Position numbers and translations under genes: made by a program | Notes under the pieces: generated by a model | Seen by the model: the letters and a program-made list of their open reading frames with translations, nothing else | The model's database searches: none | What the model was told of the DNA's origin: nothing | DNA from: the human T2T-CHM13v2.0 reference genome, Homo sapiens | Reading direction: 5' to 3' (one strand) | Assembly: GCF_009914755.1 (NCBI RefSeq) | Contig: NC_060944.1 | Length of the DNA stretch: 64,000 nucleotides | Shown: positions 28,247-43,799 of the stretch, one piece after another | Numbering within the stretch: the stretch's first letter is position 1 | Layout: each line of letters begins with the position of its first letter

Positions 28247-28769
28247 GTGAGTGGCCTCACGCCCTGCCCTAGTGTCAGCCACTGCAATGGGAGGAGAACA
28301 GGGCCCAGCCTGGCCTTGCCTCTTCAACTGAGAGCCTTCAGAGGGAAGTAGCCAGGCACTGCCCTTAAACTAGCATATCCAGTCTGATGATGATGGCTAC
28401 TGTAGTTAAACCAGCAGATTCAGTCTGATGGTGGTGGCTGCTGTAGTTAAGGAGGTGATCGGGGAGTGTGTTAGAGGCTGAGCTGGGTGCTTTGGCACAC
28501 AGGTAGGTCTCCTAATTGACAGGGGGTGAGTGTCCGCTATGCGCCTAGCTGTGCTCCAGCACACCTAGCAGTGGACTTCCAAGGAGAGAGCTTCAGTAGG
28601 GCAGTCACCCAGGAGCTGAGGGTGCTACAACTTCTTTTTCAGGAAATATAACAAGATATTGAGAATTGTGTTTATCAGAACATGTTTTTTGAAAAATGGA
28701 GTAGGATCCTAGTAGGACCTCTGAGAAGCCTGCTCCTGTAGCAGCCAATGGTCCTTTAAGCTTTAAGCT

Positions 28770-29520
<751 letters not shown>

Positions 29521-30024
29521 GAACCAACACACTCACTCAGCATGGCTGCTTTCTTGCTGAGTGGAGTGAACAAGTTTGGGGCTGGAGTGGAATTGCTGAG
29601 GATGAGGGAGAAGTTAACTGTACCAGAAGTGGTCTGCCATTTTCGTTCTTCCACTACACCACGAACAGATGAAAACATGCCTAGAGAGTTTAGCCTTGGT
29701 GGGATGAAATTGATTAGCTACCGAGCATGCCCACGTGTCTCAGAGGGACCCTGCTTCCCAGCATGAACAGTGGGGTCACCTACTGCCTGTCTCACCAGGA
29801 GGTGTGAAGGTGCCTGCCCAAGGGGAGGCCACATCAAAGCCACCAGCTGGTGATGGAGAGGGCACGTAGGGAAGATTTGTTCTGCCTGGCCCCTTAGTCT
29901 GAGGATTGGTGAGAAAAGAGATGTAGATCAGTATCAAATCACATTTCAGATGTCTCCCAGCTGTGCTTTATTTATTTTTCCTTTGTGATTGTGGTGTAAC
30001 TTAAGTATGGTAAAGCAGACAAAT

Positions 30025-30333
30025 CTTTTTTTATTTTTTTATTTTTTTATGATATGGAGCCTCGCTCTGTTACCCAGGCTGGAGTGCAGTGGTGTGATTT
30101 CAGCTCACTGCAACCTGTGCTCCCGGGTTCAAGCGATTCTCTTGCCTCAGCCTCCTGAGTAGTTGGGATTACTAGTGCCCGCCACGACGCCTGGTGGATT
30201 TTTGTATTTTTAGTAGAGATGGGGTTTCACCATGTTGGCCAGGCTGGTGTTGAAGTTCTGACCTCAAGCAATCCTTACCCACTTGGACCTCCCAAAGTGC
30301 TGGGCTTACAGGTGTGAGCCACCATGCCTGGCC
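30025..30333 (-). mobile_element. AluS (TSD agacaaatctt)
   Basis: Antisense dimer. Confidence 0.9.
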
Positions 30334-30551
30334 AAGTAGACAAATCTTAAATGAGATTTTCAACAACCTTTTACAAATGTACACACTCAGATGAATTCAT
30401 AGAGCATTTTCATCATCCATGTTCTCTCTCCGTCCTTTCCCCCACTCCAAATGTAGTCACTATTTAACTTTGAGTTCTAAAGATTAATTTTGTATATGCA
30501 TATGAATGACCCTGCAGTTTCTTTCGTGTCTGGCTTTTTTTACATCTGTGA

Positions 30552-31518
<967 letters not shown>

Positions 31519-31587
31519 GCCTCATTCTTTTTTATTGCTTTCTAGAATTCGATTGTTTGAATATTAAAATTTACATATCCATGCTCC

Positions 31588-31889
31588 TTTTTTTTTTTTT
31601 TTAAATTGAGACAGAGTCTCGCTTTGTCACCCAAGCTAGAGTGCAGTGGCGTGCTCTTGGCTCACTACAACCTCTGCCTCCCAGGATCAAGCGATTCTCC
31701 TGCCTCAGCCTCCTGAGTAGCTGGGATTACAGGTGCGTGCCACCACGCCCGGCTAATTTTTCTATTTTTAGTAGAGATGGGGTTTCGCCATATTGGCCAG
31801 GCTGGTCTTGAATTCCTGACCTCAAACGATCCACCCTCCTCGGCCTCCCAAAGTGTTGGTATTACAGGGGTCAGCCACTGCTCCTGGCC
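31588..31889 (-). mobile_element. AluS
   Basis: Antisense dimer inside an old L1 fragment. Confidence 0.9.
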
Positions 31890-32149
31890 TCCATTCTCCT
31901 TTTGGTGGACATTTGGGTTTCTTGTTTCTGGCTCCTGTGAATAAAGCTCCTATAAACATTTTTGTACATGTCTTTTGGTGGACATAAGCACTATTTTGTG
32001 TTGGGAAAACACCCAGGAAAGCAGTTGGAGTCACGGGTAGGCATATGTTTAGCTTTAGTGGATACTACCAAGCAGTTTTCCAAGGTGCCTTGTACCTGTC
32101 TGCTTTCCCATGGCAGAGTGTTTCTTGCCAACCCTTGGTATAGTCAGTC

Positions 32150-32356
<207 letters not shown>

Positions 32357-32435
32357 AAGGTGGGAATTCTCAAAGCATGGTCCCTGTACCAGCAACATCA
32401 GCATCACCTGGGAACTTGTTAGAAATGCAGACTTT

Positions 32436-32752
32436 GGCTGGGCACAGTGGATCACAAATCCTGTAATCCCAAAACTGAGGGAGGCTGAGGTGGGAGGATC
32501 TTCTGAGCCTAGGAGTTACTGGACAACATGGCAAGACCGTATCTCTACCCCCGACCAAAAAAAAAAAAAAAAAAACAATTAGGTGGGTGTGATGGTGTGT
32601 ACCTGTAGTCTTAGGTCTTGTGAGGCTGAGGCAGGAGGATTGCTTGAGTCGAGGAATTCAATGCTGCAGTGAGCTATGATAGCACCACTGAACTCCAGCC
32701 TGGGTGACAGAGTGAGGCGTGGTCTCTAAAAAAAAAATAAAAATAAATAAAT
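32436..32752 (+). mobile_element. AluJ inserted in a MER5A-like element (~32362-32815)
   Basis: ttctcaaagcatggtccc..cagcatcacctgggaacttgttagaaatgcaga | Alu | aaatgtagattctcagg. Confidence 0.8.
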
Positions 32753-32908
32753 GTAGATTCTCAGGACCCACTCCAGATGTGGCGATACTGCTGCACACAA
32801 GAATTTCAGAACCACTTATTTGAGGAATAATTTGTTCAGCCTGACCCCCAAATCACATTTCTTCCAAGGCTGTGCCCTGTTAGCCTTCAGGGATGACTTT
32901 GGTTCACT

Positions 32909-33218
32909 GTTTTTTGTTTTTGTTTTTTTCCTCTGAGACAAGGTCTCACTCTGTTGCCCAGGCTAGACTGGAGTGCAGTGGCGCAAACTTCGTTCACTAT
33001 AGCCTCTGCCTCCCAGATTCAAGCAATTCTCCCACCTCAGCCTCCTGATTAGCTGGGACTACAGGCACCCGCCACCATGCCCAGCTAATTTTTGTGTTTT
33101 TTGGTAGAGATGGGGTTTCCCCATGTTGGCCAGGCTGGTCTCGAACTCCTGACCTTAAGTGATCCACCTGCCTTCGCTTCCCAGAGTGCTGGGATTACAG
33201 ACATGAGCCACTGTGCCC
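32909..33218 (-). mobile_element. AluS/J
   Basis: Antisense dimer. Confidence 0.88.
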
Positions 33219-33316
33219 CTTGTTTTTTAATCTGATGTTTAAGTAGCAGTACAGACAAACTAAATCAGAATCTCAGGAGTTGGGACCTCAGCATTGTATA
33301 TGTTTGTCATTGGTGT

Positions 33317-33612
<296 letters not shown>

Positions 33613-33960
33613 ATGTCGTTGTTTTTTAAAGCTAAAGAGAGACTGTTTTTGAAGTGATTGCAGCAGTAAGTAGAATGCATCGACCACAGAATTGGCAAGA
33701 TCTTGGAGGTCAAGGAGAAAGGAGTTCGTTTCCTAGGGAGGAAGACAGAGGCTGCAAGGACTGAGGGTTGGGGGTGGGATGAGCAGGTGGTGTAATTGGA
33801 CAGTTGACCAGGAATGTGTGTCTGGTGGTCAGCCCATTTCCAGAACGGTCTTCAGGAGAGTTTTTCTGCATTGCAATGCTTGTTTACCCTCAGGGTGAGT
33901 CAAAGTCCAGGATCCTGTGGGGAGGGGAGCAGCTTAACTAAAATTTGGTTAAATCATTTA

Positions 33961-34248
<288 letters not shown>

Positions 34249-34721
34249 ATCATTTAGCAAGCATTTAATTTCGGTTGATAAATTGACAGTTTAATCATTT
34301 CAGAGGAAAAGAATGAGAATTTGGGGGACTGTGTTTGGGTTGTCCTAGGAAAAGGAGGGGTCGTCTGAGCGTTCTGGAAATCCTATGGGGAAGGGTGATT
34401 CTGTGCAGTCAGCCATTCCCCAGAACACAAAATGTGGGGGTTTTGTTTAACCTTCCTGTTGTCCAGTATCTCAGTTCAACATTGCCAAGATGATGGTGCC
34501 TACCACAAAGGGTGTTCTAGGGTCAATTGTGTTCTTATTTGTATAGAACTCAGCCCATAATTTGTACCTCATTAAGCATTAGGCAGATAAGTACATTTAG
34601 AAGTTCCCTGCATCATGAGAAAACCTCTTTCGTCTAACCCACATCCTTCAGGCTGGAGTTAATTCCTCTTCCTTCAATGCTCTGATTTCTGACACTGGAG
34701 ATGGATATAGGTGGGTTTTGT

Positions 34722-35017
34722 TTTCTTTTGTTGAGACAGGGTCTCATTCTGACAGGGTCACTCAGGTTAGACTGCAATGGTACAAACATGGCTCACTGCA
34801 GCCTCACCCTCCTGGGCTCAAGTGATCCTCCTGCCCAGCCTCCCATGTAGCTGAGCCACAGGCACGCACCACCATGCCCAGCTAATTTTTAAATATTTGG
34901 GTAGTGATGAGGTCTCACTATGTTGCCCAGGCTGGTCTCCAACTCTTAGGCTGAAGCCATCCTCCCACCTCAGCCTACCAAAGTGCTGGGATTACAGGCA
35001 TGAGCCACTGCACCCAG
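34722..35017 (-). mobile_element. AluJ
   Basis: Antisense dimer. Confidence 0.85.
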
Positions 35018-35039
35018 CAGGGATTTTTTTCTTTTTAAA

Positions 35040-35535
35040 CTAATAGATTTTTTTTTTCCGAGCAGTTTTAGAACTCTAGAAAAATGAGTGGAAAGTACAG
35101 ATATTTCCCATATACACCCCCCTCCACCCTGGTTTCCCCTGTTATTAACAACTAGCATTAGTGTGGTACATATGTTATCACTGATGAGCCAATATTGATA
35201 CATTATTATGAACTAAAGCCCATAGTTTACATCGGGTTTGCTCTTTGTGTCGTAACTCCTGTGGGTTTTGACAAATGCATAATGTCATGTGTCCGTCATG
35301 ATAGTGTCACACAGAATGCTCTCGCCACTTGGTTTAGGTGGTTATATTAGACAGTTGAGATTGTGAACAACTGGTGAAAGAGACCAGGGCTGTCCCACTA
35401 AACAGCCCTGGTATTCTACTTACGCTTCCTCCCCAAACTCTAGCAATCACTGATCTTCTACTGTTTTCATAAGTCTTGCTTTTCCAAAATGTTATATACG
35501 TGGAATTATATAATATGTGATGCTTTCAGATTGGT
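35040..35535 (-). mobile_element. L1MC-like 3' fragment with an unassigned internal segment
   Basis: gaaagtacag..ttcccatataccccc; ttagtgtggtacat..tgatgagccaatattgatacattatt; gggttttgacaaatgcataatg. Confidence 0.75.
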
Positions 35536-35545
35536 GTTCTATATG

Positions 35546-35857
<312 letters not shown>

Positions 35858-36122
35858 TAACTGTCTAGATGATGCCAATGTGCATCCAAGATGGGATCAG
35901 TGTCTCAGATCTTTGCCACTCTAAGCATCAGCAGGAAATTCTTAGAAGTGCCAAATTGCAGGCCCCAACCCAGACCTATTGAATCAGAATATGGATTTTA
36001 ACAATATCCCTAGGCAACTCACATACACATCAAAGTTTGAGAAGCACTGACTAGGACCACCAAGAAACGGTCTCTCCATGACATGGCATCAGTCTGCCTG
36101 CATAGTTCAGAAGGAGCCATTA

Positions 36123-36293
<171 letters not shown>

Positions 36294-36330
36294 TTACTAT
36301 GGAAAGTGTTCTTTGCCTTATCACATATTA

Positions 36331-36510
36331 CCATATATATATAACATATATATGTTATATATGTTATATATGTATGTTATATATAAATACATATATATGT
36401 TATATGTACATATATGTTATATATGTACGTTTTATATATATTTATATATGTATGTTATATATAAATATATGTTAGAAAACTAGATTATAAACTAGATTAT
36501 ATATATATAT
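36331..36510. repeat. AT-rich (TATATGT)-type minisatellite
   Basis: Read directly. Confidence 0.88.
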
Positions 36511-37051
36511 CTTGGACATCTTTCCATGCCAGCTTGTGGAGAATTCCTTCATTCTTTTTGCCAGCTACAGAGCATGCCAATAGAAGTACTGGCCACAGTG
36601 TCCTGCTTGCCCAATGATGACTTTCAGGCTTTGCACTAATGAGAGAGAAAATCTGTGAAATGGGCTTGCTGGTGCAAAGTATACAATCTTTTCTAAAAAT
36701 TTTTATCATTATTATTGTTTTTATTTTTTACTGAAGAGCTGGGGAGAGAAGAAAGGAAAAAAAGAAAAAAATTTCAGTGAAGGATGATGCAAAACTGTCC
36801 ATCAAAGAGACTGTAGCAATTTACATTCTCACTTATTTCCCCATACCCCTGCCAACACTGAGTAATAACACACTTTAAACGTATTTGTCAGTGTGATATC
36901 CAAAAGTGATATTTTGTTGTTTTAATTTTTATAGTATTAACGATTAGTGGGGATGAATATTATTCCAATGCCATGTATATCTATATATTTTGCTGTGGGC
37001 TACATATTAGTATCCCCTGCCTACTATTTTTATTGGGTAGATAGGCTTTTA

Positions 37052-37377
<326 letters not shown>

Positions 37378-37629
37378 TTATACTTTTAGAAAATTAGTCT
37401 CTTTTCTGTAATATATGTTGAAAATATTTTCCTAGTTTCTTCATGTGTCTTTTGACCTTGTTCCCTGTTCATGGTGATTTTTGCTGTGCTTTAAATGTTG
37501 TTGCATGTATCTATTTTTTAGTTTATAGTTTTTAGGAAGCAGCTACTTTTCAAACTCTTGTTATCCAAGGATTATTAGGTGTACAGGATCCCTGGGTAAG
37601 AATCTTTGTGAGATATGCTTCATATACAG

Positions 37630-38135
37630 AGGAAGGATTACAAGTGACTGAAAAACCCAACTCAAATGGACTTACACACAAGGAATTTATTGGCTTGTGC
37701 AACTGAAAAGTCTGAGCCTGGAAGGATCCTGGACTTCAAATGGGTCATCAGGATGCAGTCTCTCTTAGCCTTTCTTCATGCCAACTTTACTTGCAAGCAG
37801 ACCCTTCAACATAGTATCTCCCCAGCCCTCAGCTTACGTCATTCTTACTACCCACAGTTCCTACAGAAACTTCTCTTTCCCAGTTGTTCTAGCAAAAGTC
37901 CCAGGGTTGCTTCACTGAAGCAATTTCAGTTAAGAACTCATCCCTGGGCCAATCCCTGTAGTGAAATATGTTGACTAGCTAGGCCTTGGGTCATGATCCA
38001 GGCCCTGGAGCAAGGCCAGGGGTCGGTCAACTGTACGGAAATTCATAGATTGGGGGTTCCCCAAAGGAAAACCCTGGCCCCGATACCCAGGGAGAGAAAA
38101 CAGATAGAGGAAAAGTCCAAACAATAATGCCCTCA
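37630..38135. mobile_element. MLT1J/K-like LTR just upstream of exon 11
   Basis: aaaacccaactcaaatggactta..aaggaatttattggct..aactgaaaagtc; ggttccccaaaggaaaa. Confidence 0.65.
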
Positions 38136-38205
38136 GCAGAGAGACAGGTGGATAGTAGGTTCAGATCTTCCAGCCAGCTGGTAATGTTGTCCTTCTCACT
38201 CGCAG

Positions 38206-38715
38206 AACCCCAGGCTGGAGAAGCCCGTGCTACTCTCCGAATTTCCTACCAAGATCCCACGAGGTGAACTGGACATGCCTGTTGAGAATGGCCTCCGGGC
38301 TCCGGTCAGTGCCTACCAGTATGCGCTGGCCAACGGGGATGTCTGGAAGGTGCATGAGGTGCCTGACTACAGCATGGCCTATGGCAACCCTGGCGTGGCC
38401 GACGCCACCCCGCCCTGGAGCAGCTACAAGGAACAGAGCCCTCAGACGCTTCTGGAGCTGAAGCGGCAGCGGGCTGCAGCCAAGCTGCTCAGCCACCCCT
38501 TCCTTAGCACACACCTGGGCAGCAGCATGGCCAGGACGGGCGAGAGTAGCAGTGAAGGCAAGGCCCCCTTGATCGGAGGCAGAACTTCACCGTACAGCAG
38601 CAATGGGACCTCGGTATATTACACGGTCACCAGCGGAGATCCCCCACTCTTAAAGTTCAAGGCCCCCATAGAGGAGATGGAGGAGAAGGTGCATGGCTGT
38701 TGCCGTATCTCCTAG
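38206..38715 (+). CDS. PPP1R16B: PPP1R16B terminal exon 11 coding part, 510 nt, NPRLEKPVLL...EEKVHGCCRIS-stop (CAAX = CRIS, preceded by a second Cys)
   Basis: Acceptor ccttctcactcgcAG and TAG stop at 38713-38715. Exon lengths plus the expected 250 nt upstream sum to 1704 nt, i.e. 567 aa. Confidence 0.97.
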   Translation, partial: NPRLEKPVLLSEFPTKIPRGELDMPVENGLRAPVSAYQYALANGDVWKVHEVPDYSMAYGNPGVADATPPWSSYKEQSPQTLLELKRQRAAAKLLSHPFLSTHLGSSMARTGESSSEGKAPLIGGRTSPYSSNGTSVYYTVTSGDPPLLKFKAPIEEMEEKVHGCCRIS

Positions 38716-39050
38716 TCTCCGTGTGATGGAGGAGGGAGATGCCTGGGGAGGGGCTCCTGGAATCCAGGCCAGCCCAACAACCCTGGCTGGGGAGGTGTCA
38801 GGGCAGCTGGGGAGAGGTGGGCTCTGCTTTTCAGAGGAACTCAGACCCCAGCCCTCAGCTGGCTGCCCATAGCATCCCATGTCCCACGTCCCGTGGTTCT
38901 GCTTCCTGCTGCATCGTCTGCCATCTGACACAAGGCCTGTCGTGGCCTCCTGGTTCACTCTGCTGTCTGATCTTGGGAGGGTGGGCTTGAGATCCCAGCT
39001 CTATTCTTGGTATAAAGGCTTCTCCGGATCAGTACATGCATGTCACATTA

Positions 39051-39087
<37 letters not shown>
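39051..39087. repeat. (AC)n microsatellite in the PPP1R16B 3'UTR, interrupted by ATAT
   Basis: Read directly. Confidence 0.9.
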
Positions 39088-42000
39088 AGCTCGATCAGTG
39101 TGTGTAGGAATGACATACCTGGGCTCAGGGGAAGCAAGGGGGCTTAGAATTTGTGGGGTATTCCCAAAAGGATGGAAGTTAAGACTCAGAGTCTCATTAC
39201 CACTGCCAATGTGGTTTTAGCAGGGGAGGGGACCTGCTAAGCTGAGACCCATAGTCCTGCTCAGAGTTATCCCAAAGTCTGAGCCACCAGCCACACCTGA
39301 CAGGGGTGAGAAGTCCTCGCTGTGTTCAGAGGGAGCCAGGAATCTACATGGGTAGATGAGATAGACACAGACCTGCTCCCCGCAGCCTTGTTGAGAGCCA
39401 CACTTCTGCCCATGCCAGGAGCCAGCTGTGTGACCATCCAGGGGTGGAGGGGGAAAACCAGGCAATTTCGTTCCTGGAATCAACCAAATCATGTTTTCCT
39501 CTTGGATGGAAGTGTCAAAGGCAGAAGGGTGTGGGAGGGGGACAAGGTCAGTATTTACCAAAGTGTATCTGATTTTAAAAATTCCTTTAGTCTGTAAAAC
39601 TCCTAGAGGGAGGGAGGTAACTGAATTCACTTCTTTTTGTGGATCGTATCAAGGTCACTGGGTTTTACTGGCTGGTGCTGGGAAAATGAAGCTAAGTGAG
39701 GAGCTTCCATTGGAATGCTTTTCCAGGGAGAGAGGCCAGTTAATTTAAAAAAAACAGTCGCTAGTTAACAGCGACAGAGCCCAGCACCCTGGGGTCTTTG
39801 TGAATATCCAGACTGTTTCAGCCCAGCCCATCTCAGCCAACCCTCCTTAGACTGAGCTGTCAGAGCAAGCAATTAGGGGCCAGCCTGCCTCCACCTCCCA
39901 CCCCCTTCCACCTCCATCAGTCATGTGTGCAGAGTCAGTGCTCGGGATCCCGGGCCCAGCTTTTGCCTTTTTGGGGATGCTTGGTGAGACAGATTTGCCA
40001 GTCAGCCCTTTTGAGTTCCCGCCTCACCCAGGGGCTCCCAGCCTGCACTTGCAGGAGTGGTGATGCCCCAAGTCTGCGAATCCAGGGTGCACGTGGTCAA
40101 TATCCCCTCCTGCATTCAGGAGAGCCATGGTAGGGCTGGAGTTGGGTCTTGCCCAGCCCTGCAGTTTCATAGTCCCAGCCTTCCTGGTGCTGGGGAGGGA
40201 GGACTGTGAATGGCTGTTCTCCCCTCACTGCTGAGTCTCCCAGGACCCCCTTTGGAGATGCCCATGGCATGGGCACTGCCCACAGGCTCAGCCAGAACCT
40301 CTTGGTGTACCCGATAAGCTGCAGGTTATCCCTTGCTCTGTGCGCCTTTTATTTGTCCTTAAACTACCTCCTTAGAGCTCTGAAGGGGTCTCCTAGTTCC
40401 AGATTTTAATTTGGGGAACAGATCTGGGTTCTTTTTAACCCTCTTCTTTCTCAGTCTATGAGAAACTTGCCCTGAGGGGCACCTGGGCTAGGGGCTTGGG
40501 ACTGGAAGACCATCCCCGCCTTGTGCCACAACTTTGGTCATGGGATCTGCTCTTTGTCATTCTTAGCCCCCTACTGTGGCCCCCATAGCCCCATAACCCA
40601 GAGAGGGAGCTGGACTTCAGGGAGCCTGAGTGATGCTTTCCCAGGAGCAGGGCAGCTGGCTGGACCAGAAAGTAGAGGGCCCATGGGAGTGACTGCACCC
40701 TTGGTGGCTGCTGGAAAGGGAGAGGTTCTCAGCATCAGGCCACCTCCACCCCAATGCCAGGATAGATGTATTCTAGAGTAGGGGTGGAGGCGGCCCAGGA
40801 GGCTGAAGACAGGTGCACAGATGCTTCCCACGACCTTGCCATTTGGGGTGGGCTCTTCAACATCTCAGGCTGTGGCTGGAACAGGACAGGATGATCTAAA
40901 ACACACGTACCATTGGCTGTAAAACAGTATGAGCCCAGACTGACGCTGAAATCCCTCATGAGCCAACCTTAGCTACAAGGTAGGGAGTTCTGAGGGAAGC
41001 CGCGTGCTCCTCAGGAGAGAGCTGTTTAGGTTTTCCGATCTTTTTGCTCAGGGGCCAAACACTGAAGGCACGTACTGCCCAACCCACTGAGCGCCTGAGG
41101 CCATTCCCTCCTTTTCCGCATGCCTCCTGCCTCCTGGGCTATTCCTCTCCACCCAGAAGGCTGGGAATCCCAGCTGATTCCCTGACAGGAGCCGACTTCA
41201 CACACAGGTGACTCTCAGGCATTGGCTCATGTTTTCAGCCAGGGATAAACCATCCCTTCTTGGGGCTTTAAGTCCCTGGGGAGCTTTCCCTGTAGGTCTC
41301 CTGGGTGTTGAGAGACAAGTTGGAGACCAACCTCCAATGAATGAGCCGCGGTCATTCATTAATTCACTCACGTAATTTACTGAGTAGCTGCAACATGCCA
41401 GCCTCTACGTTAGGTTCTGCGGATAAAGGAGGAATAAGACAGAGTCAGGAGAACTGTTCCTTGTGGTTTCCGTCCCTTGGGGACCACAGGCATCAGCAGT
41501 CCCATTCAAGTCACCTGAGGCAAAGTGTCTGCATCTTCGTCCAGCGACCCTTTGCTTTTCGGCTCCTAGAATCCTTAGAGTCTGAATTCCTTTAGCTGGG
41601 AACAGCTGTCATGGTCACCCCTGGATAACATTTGCCACCAAGTATAGATGCTGGATCTTGGGTTCCAGGCAGACATCATCCAGGTCCATCTGGAACTTTC
41701 AGTGATAGCTGCCTTCAGCCAGCATCTTTGGGGGACTCTATAATAGCAGCTTGAGATCAGTGTCTAGAAGACTGTTCTGCAATTTGCTGCCAAATGCATC
41801 TCAGGTTTTTAAAGTCATTGTTTCTTGCTCATGGTGGCTCATTTATTACATAGTCCCCTCACCCCACTAATGGATAATGGGAGGAAAAGTTGCTGCTTCC
41901 TTCAGCATCAAAGCCTTTCCTTGGGAATCTGCCTCCCTCCATGGCAGGGGTGGATTCGGGAGCTGGGAGTAACCAGGCAAAGTCAACCAGATGCCTAGCT

Positions 42001-43045
42001 CCTGCTGAGACCCAGGTCCTATGGCAGCTCCTCATTAGATTAAAGGAGACCACTTCCAAAGCAGGTGCTGCATGGCTCACCATCATATGCCCCAAACAAC
42101 TGAAAGTTGGCGGTTATCACCAGACTGTGAGTTTCTGGCAAGTAGCTTGGGGAAGCTGAATAAACTCTAGGCCCAGGGCTACTAAAGACTTCAGGATAGA
42201 ATTCTCCATCAAATATACAGCATAAGTAAAACTGCTCTGCACTGTTTAATCCATTTCCAAGGGGCTTAGAAAAGCTAACAAGGGTGTGTCCCCTGTCCTG
42301 CCCCACCGGTTTGCTGGCTTTGTAATAACATAAGACCATTGTAGTTGTTGGTGTCAGATACCTTCCCATCCTGAGCTCTCTCACCTACCTGCTCTCTCTC
42401 CTAGAGCAGGATACTGGGGTACTTTTAAGAAGGGTGCTCCTTTTAAGATGCCCAGAAAAGCTGTATTTAACTCTTGCTATTTGTAACTTGGGGATGGTCT
42501 CCCCTGCCCCAGGGCACATAAGAGCAAAGGCTCCAATGGTCAGTGGATGACTCTGCAAAAGTGACCCCCTGTGCCAGAAGCTATAGCCCTCTCCCCAACA
42601 GGTCTCTCTTGTTGGCCAGAGGGCCTGCTTCCCATGGGCATTGCAAGTGCCACCGTGCGGGGCCTGGCTCTGCACACCCAGGAAAAGTCTGCAGACCCCC
42701 AGCCCTCCGCAATAATTCACCAGACCAGAAGCCACTGGTGTACAGAGAACACTTAAAAAAATGTATTTTATGTGAAAAAAAATTAAAACTCTGTATACTG
42801 TATCAGCAGCTTTGTGTAAAAATGGCAATCAAGAGAGTCTAATATATTTAAAACTTTTTTAAAAAAAATCTTCGCAGATCTTTGATATCGTACTGAGGTA
42901 ACTTCCACGTAGCCCCTTGCCACGCGGCACCGGTGGGCCTTGGGTCCAAAACTGTGGCTCAGCCACATCCCAAAGGGGGCACATGTCCCTGGAGTTGCTT
43001 CCAGCTGCCAAGGCCTGTGACAGAATTCGCTGTTAAGAGTTTTTA

Positions 43046-43060
43046 ATTAAAATTATTAAA
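43046..43060 (+). terminator. PPP1R16B: Polyadenylation signals (ATTAAA at 43046-43051 and 43055-43060) of PPP1R16B
   Basis: Two ATTAAA hexamers in a U-rich context, a CA candidate cleavage site near 43074, and downstream tagtgtgagtgattattgctgtg. Confidence 0.75.
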
Positions 43061-43390
43061 TTCCTTTTAATAACACCTGCTAGTGTGAGTGATTATTGCT
43101 GTGAGCTCACTTGAACAGTGCTGACTTGAATTCACAAAGAGGAGGTTCCTGGAATAGAGGGTGGGTGAGAGCTCCTAGTCTCTTCCCCCTTACCCCACCC
43201 CTTTCCCACAGAGGGCTTTCCCATGAGACCCCTGAAATAGAGGGAGCTCTGGGGGCTCAGACCTGGAGCAGATGTCTCCCCAGACTAGGAGATGGTGAAA
43301 ACTGATGAATTCAAGAAAAGGTGGGTGGTTGGGAATGACCTTCATTCTGTCAAATAATCTCTTTGAAATTAACATGAGGCCGTATAGTAG

Positions 43391-43799
<409 letters not shown>

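Larger units (their letters stand above)
38716..43075 (+). other. PPP1R16B: PPP1R16B 3'UTR (~4.35 kb)
   Basis: Follows the stop codon, contains no Alu, and ends at an AU-rich block with two ATTAAA hexamers followed by GT-rich sequence. The 3' end is approximate. Confidence 0.8.

Noticed and set aside
28085-28351. Exon 10 read-through ORF as an alternative C-terminus
   Set aside because: The exon 10 donor is consensus GTGAGT and I see no nearby poly(A) signal to support a composite terminal exon.
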